Part shown: positions 1 through 12,200 of the stretch, one piece after another | Layout of the letters: the number at the start of each line of letters is the position of its first letter | How positions within the stretch are numbered: the first letter of the stretch is position 1 | Assembly (NCBI GenBank): GCA_030141605.1 | Contig: JAQGDQ010000009.1 | Coordinates: 1,302,001-1,366,000, forward strand | DNA from: Tubiluchus corallicola | Lineage: Eukaryota; Animalia; Priapulida | Length of the DNA: 64,000 nt | Direction of reading: 5' to 3' | Program-made: the position numbers and the translations under genes | The notes under the pieces: generated by a model | Told to the model about the DNA's origin: nothing | The model's database searches: none | The model's input: only the letters and a program-made list of their open reading frames with translations

Positions 1-570
1 CACAGTACCACCAAACCGCACCACACCACACCATACCACCTACACACCACACCACCCACACCATACCACTCCACCACATCACACCACACTGCAGCACACC
101 ATACCACTGCACCACCCACACACCACACCACACCATAATACTCCACCACATCACACCGCACAGCACCACACCATAACACCACACTGCACCACACCACCCA
201 CACCATACCACTCCACCACATCACACCACACCGCACCACACCATACCACTGCAGCACACTGCACCACCCACACACCACACCACCCACACCATAATACTCC
301 ACCACATCACACCACCCTGCACCACACCATACCACTGCACCACACCACACCACACCACACCACCCACACACCACACCACCTACACCATAATACTCCACCA
401 CATCACACCGCACTGCATCACACCATAACACCACACCGCACCACAACACCCACCCACACACCACGCCACCCACTCCATACCACACTACCCACACCACACC
501 CCACACACCCTATCACCCCACCACATCATCCATAGCACAACACACAAAGCACACCACCACCACACCACAT
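1..570. repeat. Degenerate pentanucleotide (CACAC/CACCA)n low-complexity satellite
   Basis: Almost pure C/A sequence built from CACAC, CACCA, CATAC and CTGCA variants, with a recurring longer unit (cacaccataatactccaccacatcacacc); runs off the window start. Confidence 0.9.
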
Positions 571-726
571 CAAATCCACCACCTCACATGGTGATCATGA
601 TGTTGATGATGATGATGGTGGCAACGATGACAACACCTATAGCACAAGCACCAACAGCACAGCATTACAACAAAACCATTCCAAACATTTTTCACAAAGT
701 TGAAACTATGTGCTATAATATAATAA

Positions 727-1543
727 ATAGTAAAGGCCCCGCAAAAGATTTTGCGTATAAATACACGTGTAATCAATAATACGCGAACATCCTACCTAGT
801 CCACATTTATAACACAAAGCCCGTAACATCGTGCCTACTGTTTGTTTAACTAACGCAAAGCCTGTAGCTTTTTGCTGAATTAAAGTTATAAGATTATAGA
901 CAGAGTACACTGGATGACGTCACAACAATGCCTTTGCGTCAGCTGCTTTCTAAGTGAAAATTGCCGAAAATAGAACTCCTAACTAACTCGTTGACACTCC
1001 TCTCGGTGGAGCTGCCCTAAAATATATCCCACATCATCGTGTAGCCCAGTCCTTCCTCTTTGTAAAGAGCTATATATCTCTTTCCGAGAGTCCAACCAGG
1101 CGCCGCTAGAACGTTTTTCCCGCATGCTGTTTGGTCAAAATTTCGAAAAAATCGCGAGTTGGGTCCGGGAAAACGCCCGTTGCGGGGCGCCCTGGCCCTC
1201 TCGGGAATTCTAAATATGCCTACTACAGCCACCGCTGAACGGGCTATCTATCCATACCCAGCACCCCCTCTCGGCCCGTTCCCGTTCTCTACATCTCAGC
1301 CGTATAACTTTTGCAAAAAACGGCCGAAAAAGGGCCATTTTGGGGGGGTTTTCGCCCCCCGTTCCTCCTGGTGGGCCCGATTCGAAAAATAAACCATCAA
1401 TGAGAAGACACTAGATCGAGACCTTTCGTTTGATATATAGATCGCCGCAAATGGTGCCCTCGTCCGGGCTGTAGCCTCGAATCTTATATAAATAAATAAA
1501 TAAATAAATATATATACCAAGAATATTAATATAAGAGTATAGA
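727..1543 (-). mobile_element. Non-autonomous Helitron-like element, copy 1
   Basis: On the minus strand: 5' A|TC(TATAC) at 1544/1543, a (TAAA)n tract near the 5' end, a perfect hairpin CGCAAAA-GA-TTTTGCG (740-755) about 12 nt from a CTAT|T 3' end (CTAG|T in copy 2). The body is clearly homologous to 2663-3310. No TIRs or TSD. Confidence 0.75.
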
Positions 1544-2577
1544 TTCCTTTTTTGTTGTTAACACACGTTCTTTTTGGCTTGTAAAGTTTAATAGAGACAA
1601 TTTGGCATGACAGGCTGGTTATGCCAAATTATCTTTATTAAACTTCACAAAATAGGTCATTCCAAGCTATTTCTGTTAAACTTTAAAGGGTAGGTTGCTC
1701 CAAACTATCTCTATTAAGCTTTACAAAAAAGGTATGTCTTCAAAACTATTTTGTCACTGAAAATGGGACTGAATGACTACTTAATTTTAAATAGCTTTAA
1801 TAACAACAACAAAAATTAATCAACAAATGCTTCATGCCAGAAATGCGTCTTTATGATGATTTTTTTCTTTGGGAGACATAAAATTAATCATATAGAATTG
1901 CAAAATGTAAAATTAAGAAGCAGCACAAAACGATATAATTTACAATTACGTTTACTTATGTAATTCATTTAATGTAACTAAATGAAGGGGACAATGGTTA
2001 TTGGAGATAATTGTCATTATTATTAATAATCCTTGTTTGATTTACTTTTTTGAGTCTATCTCTTTATGTCTTTCTAAGCCAACCCTTAACAGTCTTATAT
2101 GTTGGGGTTGTCATGAGATTCTGAACAAATACTCAAAAATTTTGCAATGAGAATCGAAGGAGGCCTCTTTTTATTATAGATTTCTTTCCAACAAATTTAT
2201 TATTGTTGAGTATAATCAATTACAATACTCGATTTTTCTACTGCTCATTGAAGATCTCAGTCAAGTGCCAGTTGCTTTCCAGTGCCAGTCCCAGTTAAAC
2301 AGCAAAATTTCATAGTATAAATACAACAATACTATATAAAGTAGTTTTTTATTAATAACAATATATTTGCTGTTTACTATATTGTAGTCCTAGAAAATTT
2401 GCATTTTGTAGATTTTAATTTTGTTGAAGTACAGTGTTATTGTTGTAATTGTTTTTTTAATAAGAGACTTAATTGAGAGCTTTAAATTAGAGAGATAGAC
2501 TGCTATGTGCAGACAGACACAGTGAAATATACAGGAATAGACAACTATAAAATAAAAATGCTTTACTCACGCTTCCG

Positions 2578-2589
2578 CTAATAATAATG

Positions 2590-2662
<73 letters not shown>
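2578..2662. repeat. (AAT)n microsatellite
   Basis: About 28 AAT units; source of the poly-Ile ORF 2487-2678. Confidence 0.97.
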
Positions 2663-2663
<1 letters not shown>

Positions 2664-3310
2664 TAGCAAAGGCCTCACAAAAAAGTTTGTATATAAATAT
2701 GCTGTGCGAACAGCTTACGTATAGTGTTCATTTGATAATCTAACGTGAAACGAACAGCAGCTTTTGCTGAATTAAGTTTATGGGCAGTGTATAATGGAAT
2801 GACGTCAGCACAATGAAAACGTCGTTGTAACTTTTAAGCGAGAGTGGCCGAAAATGGAACCTCTAGTCAAATCGTCGCCATTCCTCTTCGGGGAGGGCGT
2901 TCTAAAATGTAACCCACGCCACTATGTAGCCCTGTTTCTTCTCTTTCTAAAAAGCTATATATCTTCTTCCGAGAGTCCCACCAGGCGTCGTTAGAACGCT
3001 TTTTCTACAGGCTGTTTGGTCAAAATTTGGAGAAAATCGGGAGTTGGGGCTGGGGAAAAGGGATACCATGGCTCTAGCACGCATTCTGAATATGCCTGCT
3101 ACACCACTGTTAAACGGGCTGTGCAACCATTATCAGCACCTCCCCATGCCCATTACAGTTCTCCAGAAATAAGAGGTATAAATTAAATTTTGCAAAAAAT
3201 GGCCGAAAATTTGCAATTTTTAGAATTTTTTTGCCACACATGCATCCCGGAGGGGCTAATTCGAAAAATAAACCCAATGGTAAAGGACTAGATTGAGACC
3301 TTTGATACAC
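2663..3310 (-). mobile_element. Non-autonomous Helitron-like element, copy 2 (diverged)
   Basis: CTAG terminus abutting the (AAT)n tract; shares blocks with copy 1 (ttttgctgaattaa, atgacgtca, gccgaaaat, agctatatatct..ccgagagtcc..ccaggcg, gctgtttggtcaaaattt, ttcgaaaaataaacc, gagacctt). The 5' end is uncertain and may extend to about 3433. Confidence 0.7.
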
Positions 3311-3699
3311 TGTAAAAATGGCACCGGTAATAATGGCATGCACAAAAATGGGACAAACGTAAAAGTGGATAAATCGCACAGATGGAAAAGTAGGCAGAAA
3401 TGACACACACAATGTTATTTTGATGCAAATGATTTCTATAATAAAACTAGAATGCCTCAGTAGGAAGCAGATCTCTGCCAAAGCCGAACAATCTTAAACT
3501 TATTCTTTTCTGATTCTTTTCATTCAAAAAAATTAACACAAACAAACATACAAAAATGTAATGTACATGTATGGGTATTATACAGATAGTTTTATAATGC
3601 GGTTTGTAGTGCGCTGAGTAAACAGCGACCACTAACTTAGCTACTAGTCGTTTACGTTTTGAAATGTACAATAAATGCAAACTGAATAAACAGCACATA

Positions 3700-3845
3700 A
3701 ACTTGCCTGCGCTTTCGCACTAAATTTTCAGAATAAATATGGCAGCCTTCGGTGAACCAGTTTACTGGCAAAGTTTTATATTTTCAAGACGTAAAGGGCA
3801 GTGTTGAATAATTCCCATTGACCATTATAGCTCATAACTGTAAGT
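3700..3845 (+). promoter_or_regulatory. Putative ASK promoter / non-coding first exon
   Basis: YY1-like AAATATGGCAGCC (about 3736-3748) followed by a GTAAGT donor at 3840; the first coding exon begins at a splice acceptor (6215-6216), so upstream exon(s) must exist. Inference only. Confidence 0.3.
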
Positions 3846-4489
3846 GTTACCATGTGACGTGCTGTTTGCTATTATTGCGTTACTCTTGATAGTGTTTAAG
3901 ACTGATCACCTGTAGCAGTGATAAATCAGGGCTAGTGGTTAAATTTCTAATTTAACTTGAGAGATACTGGAAGCAGACTCGTTGAAATTCACTTGTTCCA
4001 ACGTGCTGAAGCTGTTTGCAGGTGCAGAACCTGCCTTTATGGCTCCATTCTGTTACTACCTCTGCTCCCAAATAAAAATTTTCTGTAACCCTTTTTTGGT
4101 TTCTAATTAAGTAATTTGTTTCATATTATTACAAAGAGTTAGCATGGATAATAAAAATGTTGGTCTATATAATACTAGTTGACAGTAATTATGGTATAAT
4201 TTAGCCAGTGACTGCATATAAATAAGTGTATTATACTATAACGAAGATTTTGCGTTTGTGTTCGTAATTTTTTATAATTTGAGTAAATCTAGATGATAAA
4301 TCGATAAATTTGGCTTGAGTTCAATGTTTAAGTGTCACAGTCTCGTAAGATTTGAAATGGAGTTTACATGTGCACCTTGCATGTCGATTATTTAAAGCTG
4401 TGCCGTCTGATATGGGACACTGTGATAGGTGTATGTTACAACTAGACCTCAACAACTTTGAAAAATGGTGTGAATCCGATGGTTATTGG

Positions 4490-4915
4490 ACCATAAAAAA
4501 GCAAGAGCAGTCTTCTGTGTATCCATTCTAAGAGTTAAACTCCATATTATCTTAAAGATGGGCCCCTTGAGGATTAATCATCTATTAAAAATCTTGGCAT
4601 CATAATAACAAATGACTTAAAGTGGGATGTCCACACGAGTAATATTATTTCACCATCAAATCAATGCATACGTATGATTAAACATTGTGTCATATCCACC
4701 ACTTTATAAGGCCATTATTACGCCCAGTTGTTGAGCATACTTCTGTAGCTTGGTCCTATTAAAGCTTCAATAGAAAAAACACAAAACTAATGTATTCGAC
4801 TAGCTGAGGTTCTGACGATGCTGACCTTTCTACGACATCAACTCTCGAACAATCTAGAGAGACCACTGATCTCATCAATTGTTATAAGATAATCAATGGA
4901 TAATCCAGGAAGGTG
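4490..4915 (+). mobile_element. Decayed CR1/L2-type LINE fragment (C-terminal part of reverse transcriptase ORF)
   Basis: Frameshifted translation IKNLGIIITNDLKWDVH...LYK...RPVVEHTSVAWS...DLINCYKIING matches the KDLGVxxDxxLxWxxH / LYKxxVRPxLEYxxxxWSP / DLIxxYKIxxG pattern of CR1-group ORF2. Confidence 0.7.
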
Positions 4916-6223
4916 CTTATTTTTCATGCTCTCTTAAACCTCCTCCAAACTATTTGCTCTTTTTTCATGACCCAATATCCGAGCCCACTTTTTTTGAATA
5001 ACACTTCATCAACCACTGAAACAAAAATATTATTACCAACGGCAATCGTTCAGTACCATCTGTCGATAGTTTTAGATAGTGTTTGAGAAGGGACCATAAC
5101 TGAGTTCAACTCTAGGGTCCCTATGACTTTGAAAGGTAAGATCAAAGGTGTGAATACATTAGGAACACTTGCAGAAATTTCCAGCATTGCTCGAAAGCTG
5201 TCAAAGAGTGATTCTGCCAACAAATCAGCTAAGGTCAAAATTGGAATACACGTCTTCAGTATGGTACCCATACATGAGCAAATCTTACACTTTGGAACAT
5301 GAGCGAGATTAGTGTATAATACCCATCGGGGCCAAACTTAAGTCAGCAATATGCAGAACAACATTTGTCCTAGTTCTCAAGTTGCAGAAGTGCCAATGAG
5401 TGAGACTGCAACCAAAACATCTAGGTGTCTGGGGGAGCGCTGTAGCCCGTAAACTGCCAGAGTGGTGTCTGAGCCCCAGTAATACAGATTCAGATAATAT
5501 AGACATGTTTTATTAATCTCTTCAAATGTACAAGTACATCAAATAAACAACTGAACACTCATATAAAATAATTCAAACAAAGTAAAATATGAATAATATC
5601 AAGAAAGTGTCAAGGGCTAGCTTGTCAAGAAACTGGACCTCGTCTAGTAGCTTGGTTTGTGGAATACATTTGTATTCGTAAGAACTTGAGTTCTGTATAT
5701 TACATCACTGACATCTAATATTGTTTGCTTCCCATGTCAAAATAAGAGTTTGTTGAAGTAGTTTTTGACCTCAGTTTTCAAAATTTAGGTGTCATAACTA
5801 GACCAACGGAAAGCAGCGTTTGACTGTACCTTGTAAATATTGTAATTCCTAACAATCGTTGTTGTTTGTTTGTTTATTTTTTATTTGTGTTTATAACAGT
5901 TTGTTAAATACTATGTAAATTTTGTATGTATTACTGTGCCAGTAATATTTTACTAATAGATTATGCTAAAAATAATAATAATATCTAATAATGTGCTTGC
6001 CCCTTTTCTGCAATTGCTGCCTTTAGCTATCTTACAGAAGAGATTTTTTCAGATTGCGTATTGACTACTGGCCCCACACTAAGTAGTAAATACCATGCTA
6101 CAGCACAGTGGTCAAAGTCCTGGTACTTCTGAAGTTATATACTTTGCATTATAAAATGAACAATATTTTGTTGCTACTAATTTTTTCATCTTTATTACCA
6201 TTTTTGTGCATTTCAGGTTCAAG

Positions 6224-9200
6224 ATGGAAGTAGTGTGTGTGATTGACATTGGGATCTTGGAGCGCAAGCTTGCATTCGAGGCAATAAAGAAAGCTTGTGC
6301 TAATGTGAATGCAAAATTGGAACATGTCACATTTGAAAAGCTAGACTTTGGAGAAACTCATGTGCTAGATTTATTTTATAATGCTGATGTGTGTATAGTA
6401 GATGTGACTATCCAGGTACAAAAAACACACTGTTTCATACTTAAAATGATAATATTAGTAAGAGAAGACCCTAATGTTTAGATTTGAAAACATTTCATTC
6501 ATACAGTTAATTAAGAACATTTTACTTTTTCACTTTTTCTCATGAAAGTTTTTCTTCGTATAATCATGGCAGTCGGTACCATTAAGAAATTATACATTTT
6601 GGTGATGACAGTTAATGTATTGTTTATAAGTTACTGTTTTCTGTGTTAGTGATCAGTAAGCACTACACTGATAAGGCATAACTAGGCATTAGTAGGCATG
6701 ACTAGTAGTAGGAGTAATTTGGCATGACCAGGCATAACTAAGCAACTTATCAGCCATTATATTTTTCAGATGCAGCAAAGTGCTCTGATCTACCAGCTTG
6801 GAGTAAGAGAGAGCTTTGGCAACCGAGATAACGTTTTGATTTATCAAGACGTAGGCAATGTGGAAACTGGCAGCATGGGCATACCTCTAAAGGTAAGGAT
6901 ATAGTTTAGAACATAATTAAATATTAAATTGGATGAGATCTTTTAAGATATTTAACAAAATACAGGTAGTCGTTGACTTGTGACCTATGCAACTTACAAC
7001 TGTTCGACTTTGTGACCTCTGAACACAGCTTCAATAATAAATTATTCAAAATGAACTATAACTTTATTTAAATCACTATTTGCTTCGATAAATTCATCTG
7101 TACCTGCTGCCATTCTTAGTGCCACGTACACAACATCTTACGGAAGGGACACACCACTTGAACAAGTGGGTATGACTTGCATCCAATTTGTCTTACGACC
7201 AGGAAGGACAGATTGTGGTCGTAAGTCGACGACTGCCTGTAATTCGTTAATTTTGTTTTGTAATCTTTACTTTATACAAAACTAAGTTCTACAAAACTGA
7301 ATTTGCTAATGTTAATTTCCTAAGTATTGCCGATGTGCTTAACGGATGAACATGTGATGTTATTTCAGATGACATTTAGTGGCTACAAGTTCATCTCATA
7401 TGTCTTGTCAGCTGACCAAAAGTCAGTTGTCGTGGGAACAAGAGATCGTAACATGTCCACTAGCGTGGTGGACCATGCGGCTGCTGAGAAAACTGCCGTG
7501 TCATTGCAATGTCGATTGAAAAAGATCCTACAGCAGGTTGAGGTGGATGCTGGGTAAAGAGCTTTAACAACTTTCAAAAATTTCATGTATCATTCATGTG
7601 AGATTTTTATAGTCTTTACATATTCATGTAAAATTTATATACGTTCCAAAAACCTTTAGTATTTCTTTATTTTTTCCAGTTCAATAATTTTATTGTGCTT
7701 ACAACACGTATTAGCGGTAATTGCAAAGAATACAGTGAATATGAAAATGGAAACATCTAATTGTTTTTCACATCATGTTTGCATTGTTAGCAGTTTTATT
7801 GAACGTGTAGGCTGCCTGTATAGCTAGGTATTTGATGGTAGCTTATCACCATTAACTTTTTGTTTCCAATTTTGAAGCTATGAAAAGTAAAATTAGGTTT
7901 AAAATTGAATTTGAAGCTTCAACGTATCAAGTTAGTTAATCAGCCACTCAGTCAGTCATTAATTATGTGTTCAGGTTCCTATTCCCAATAAAGTTGAAAT
8001 TTTTGTATGAAAAATTTTGTAACTAAGAATGTATTGAATGTATTTTCGAATACTTGCAAATTTTCCTGGCCGACATCTTATCTAAAAGTGTATTCTTGAA
8101 ATACATGTGCACAATAAGTTAAAACTGCTGTTCCATAGTAAATAAAGTTAAATCATGCTGTTCCTGAAATTTGTGTTATTACAAGTAAACTTTATCAACT
8201 TTTCTTCAAGAATGCTGAATTTTGTTTTCGGTTTTTATGTTGCTAAGTTTCAGGTGACCCTTATTATCGTCTTGGTTTTTGTAAATTTTTGTAGTTTCAT
8301 ACAGAACATGTGCAAAATTGTACTAAAAAAATTTCGACAACATGGACTTGCCATTTCCATAACTGATAGAGTAAACAAGTTGGAAATTAAGTGAATAGGT
8401 CAGCAAGTCAGTGAATTGTTGTGTGAGAGAGAGGTGGAGGAAGAAAAGAAAAAGGAAGAGTTGCAGCAAGTACTCCAAGTTTTTTTGTGCATGGAAAAAG
8501 AAAGTTTGTGTTAATAAGTTACTCATTTGGCTCTTCAGGAATAACCTGTCAGAAGCCAGCATTAGCAGCAACGAAAAACTAATATTTTAGTAAATAACTA
8601 ATATTTACATAGTAAAGCTGGAATGGAGTGAAAAGAGGCATTCATAAAATTCGTATTTATGCAAAAAAATGGCAATATGTCATCATCATTAAAATGAATC
8701 ATGTAAATTGCTACCGTTTCTCGTAGTGCTCATCAGAAGGAAAAATTTTTATCGGACCTTCGCAAAGTGAGAGAAACATATAAAGGAGAAGAGCTGAAGC
8801 AAGCATTAGCTGCAATGAAGCGTCGATTGGATGATCCTAGTCTAGTGTCAGCTGATGTGATCTTGAGCATGCTTATCAGTTATAGGGAAATTCAGGTGAA
8901 ATTATATGACTAAGCTGTTATTGTTTTTGTAAGTGCACATATTTTTGTGTTTAGGAACTTCTACAGTTACAGTTGAAGCTTAAACACCTGATGTTGTATG
9001 TTTGTTGGCATGCCAAAATTTATTTGTTTAAGTTTGAGCAACTATTGCATTAATAATATGATAATCGACTTACATTAGCTTAATTGATTATGCTTTCATT
9101 TTGTACATCAGTTGTTCATCTGTAATGTGCGCTACATCAATATCGGTTGTTTAGGATTATGACTGCATGGTAGCGCTTGTCGAACAGATAGATTCCTTGA

Positions 9201-12200
9201 AACTTCCCAGTGGAAAAATTACTGATATTGTAGCAATACAACATTTATATGCATTTGCACTAAACAGGTATGTAACTTTTTACTAATTGTAAGAACATGA
9301 GGCAGTGTAGACAAATGTTTAAAAAAAATTTATTATGAAAAGATATTGATGAACATTTTTGGGGTCCCGGCAACAGAGACTCATCCTGTCATTCTTCTTC
9401 TTGTTGTGGGACTCAAAAAGGTCTACATCTTGATCATTTTAAAACAAAATGTAACAAATTTTCATCGGTGTTTTCATGGAGCTGGATTTTGAAAAAGGTT
9501 GTTGTTCCAATGTGGCAAGGAAGATGTCATATTTAGAAGAAGCTGCCTATCATTTTGAATAAAATTTTACAGTTTAACAGTAAATCATATTGCACAGCAC
9601 TAATTTAGAATTGGCACTGATGATATAGTATCCAGAAAATGACCATTCTCATTATTTGCTGGGATCTATAGTGACTTTGTATGTGTTAATAGTTGATACT
9701 TAGTAGGTATTTAGCCACAACACTAGAGTCTAGCACTAGTAAACTCATTTGAACTTCATAAATATTTACAGACGTAACAAAACTGGTGATAGAGAGACCG
9801 CATTAGACGTCATAGAAAAGGCTTTGAAAAAGGACGAGACTCCGGCTCCGGACATACTTTGCCTTGCTGGACGGATATACAAGGACAAATTTGTTGAGTC
9901 AGGATACACAGACAATGAGAGCAGAGATCAAGCTATTCACTGGTTTGTTTAGCTTTATCATCATTGTGTTTAGATAATGTAATTTGCCTTGATATTTCAG
10001 CCTAAAAAGAAGGGACAAGCTACTTAGCATGTTTGGTTGGATTTACTGTTATGACTTGAACTTAGAAACATATAATAAAGAACTTAAAAACTAATAATAA
10101 TATAGACATATATAAAACCTGACTATAAACCATGAAATAAATTTATACTGTTAGTGTGCCCAGATTTTCAAGTGCAGTGGTAGACACGATTCACTTGAAA
10201 ATTATAACTTCACTGGTGGACTTCATGACTTCGTAAGCGTATCGTGGTTTTCCGTAAGTGCGTGCTGCTTAAAGTAGTTCAAACTTCTGCAGCTTACCTA
10301 ATGAATGTTCGTGCAAAAATTTCACAAAATTAACAATTTAATTTTTTGTAAAAACTTATTCTGCTTTAGACAGAATTTGACAGTGCACTGCTTTTTTTCT
10401 GTCTGTGAATGATGTCATTGTTGGAAGAATTGGTACTCAAAATGGGAGCACCCAAGCATGAAATGATCACAACTTTATAGACATTTTACTAATTACACAT
10501 GTCGCTTATCATACTTTTATTACTAAATTCTTTTAACGTTTTTTGCGACATTAAAATATGCCTAACTTCCTTACCTTTCCTTGATACAAAGCTTTGTAGC
10601 AGTTCTTTTCAGAATTCCTCGCTTTCTGAGCCTGTTTAATACGTTGTTAAACAATATACTTGATAAGTGAATGATTGGTTTGAAATTTCAGGTACAGGAA
10701 AGGTTTTCTAGTCCAACCGAATGAGTATGCTGGTATTAATCTTGCCACCTTGCTAGTCATTGCCGGAAAAGATTTTTCAACTGACCATGAACTGCAGCAA
10801 ATAGGTTTGTAATTATTTCTATTTTTAGTTAGTTTAGACATATTTATTGCACATCCTTTGAACAAAACAGTAAATTAAAACTGATACAAAAAGTTCTCTT
10901 TATACAGAGATAATACATATACTACAAGTGTATAATTAGTACGTAGCAATATAACAAGCATAATAGAAAATAGAAAAAGACAGTCAAACGATTGAACAAC
11001 ATAATCAACTGAACATATTGAATTTTGTTCAAGTTAAAACTTTTAGATTCTTTAATGTTATTGTTTAGTTAACGTAAACTTTTTGATCTATTTTTTTTAT
11101 TGGAAACTATTTGCTAATACAGGTTTAAATTTCATTCTTATTCAGGAATTAGTTTAAAGTTTTTAGGCTTACTTAGCAATATGTTTACAGGATTGATATT
11201 GAACAACCTGATTGGTCGCAAGGGCAGCTTATGTTCATTGCAGGACTACTGGGATGTCGCCACTTTTTTTGAGATAAGCGTTCTTGCCGAGGACTACAGT
11301 AAAGCTGTTCAGGCTGCCGAGTGCATGTTCAAGCTGCAACCTCCAAAGTGGTGAGTTTATGCTTGTTTATATTGTTGAGAAATGTATTGCATTTTCATCC
11401 AAATGTGGTAGAAACAATTCTGCTAACTCATTCGCTTAGCTTAGGTTAGATTCTTTTTAACGTGCATAGTCCCACCACAGATATCTGCATTAAGTATGAC
11501 CTGTTTTAACTGTTAAATAACAGCTTGTAGAGTTTCATGTATAAAAATAGTCATGTTCTCTCAGTAAGTATGATAGGTTAGGTGGATGCCTTTTCTGTTT
11601 TTGGAGTTTTTATCAAATGGCACAGTTCAAGTTGTTTTGAGGAGTGCATCTGGTAGCCAGTTTTATGTCTGTTGCATCCATTTTATGCCAGCCAGTTTAA
11701 TAATTAGTAATACTTCCACATACAAGAAATCTGACACAATACAGAAGGATATCCAAGAATTGACAGTCTTCACAGTAACCAAATGCTTCGCCTTTCTTGG
11801 AGAAGCATTTTACCTCGTGAAAATGATTTTAGATACTTAGCATCATCGCATTTCTTAGCACTTGGGTCACTCAGCAGTGTCAATGAAAATCTGCAAACGT
11901 GATGGCCACAGCTCAAGAAATTTTCAGAGATGTGAATGGAAATCTGACAGATTTTAGAATTTTAGAAATCTTAGAATTTTTATCCCAAAACTTTGTTAGT
12001 GCATCACCGAACAATCTAGGTAGTGCCTCCTCAAAATCTTGCACAGCGCATGTATAATTCGTGGGCAGAGAATTAGTCCAATTGAGACCTGTTTATTTTT
12101 AAATTGAAGGTGGTTGTTAGGAAATATTTTTATACTCTTGTGATTTTGTAACATCTGCCATGTTATGAATCTTTGCTCAGATAATTTTTGTTTTAGTTGT

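Noticed and set aside
570-3698. Short ORFs (His-rich, poly-Ile, Pro/Arg-rich) as genes
   Set aside because: They derive from microsatellites and non-coding Helitron bodies; no recognisable domains or splice structure.
5050-5506. Minus-strand ORFs as a nested gene
   Set aside because: No recognisable product; contains fragments resembling dispersed repeats (an RTE-like RVPMTLKGKI on the plus strand and a GC-rich cagcgctcccccagac motif).
6095-6122. ATG at about 6095 as the ASK start codon
   Set aside because: Splicing MLQHSGQSP-G to the 6217 acceptor is out of frame and hits TAG; more likely 5' UTR or a uORF. An upstream in-frame extension cannot be fully excluded.
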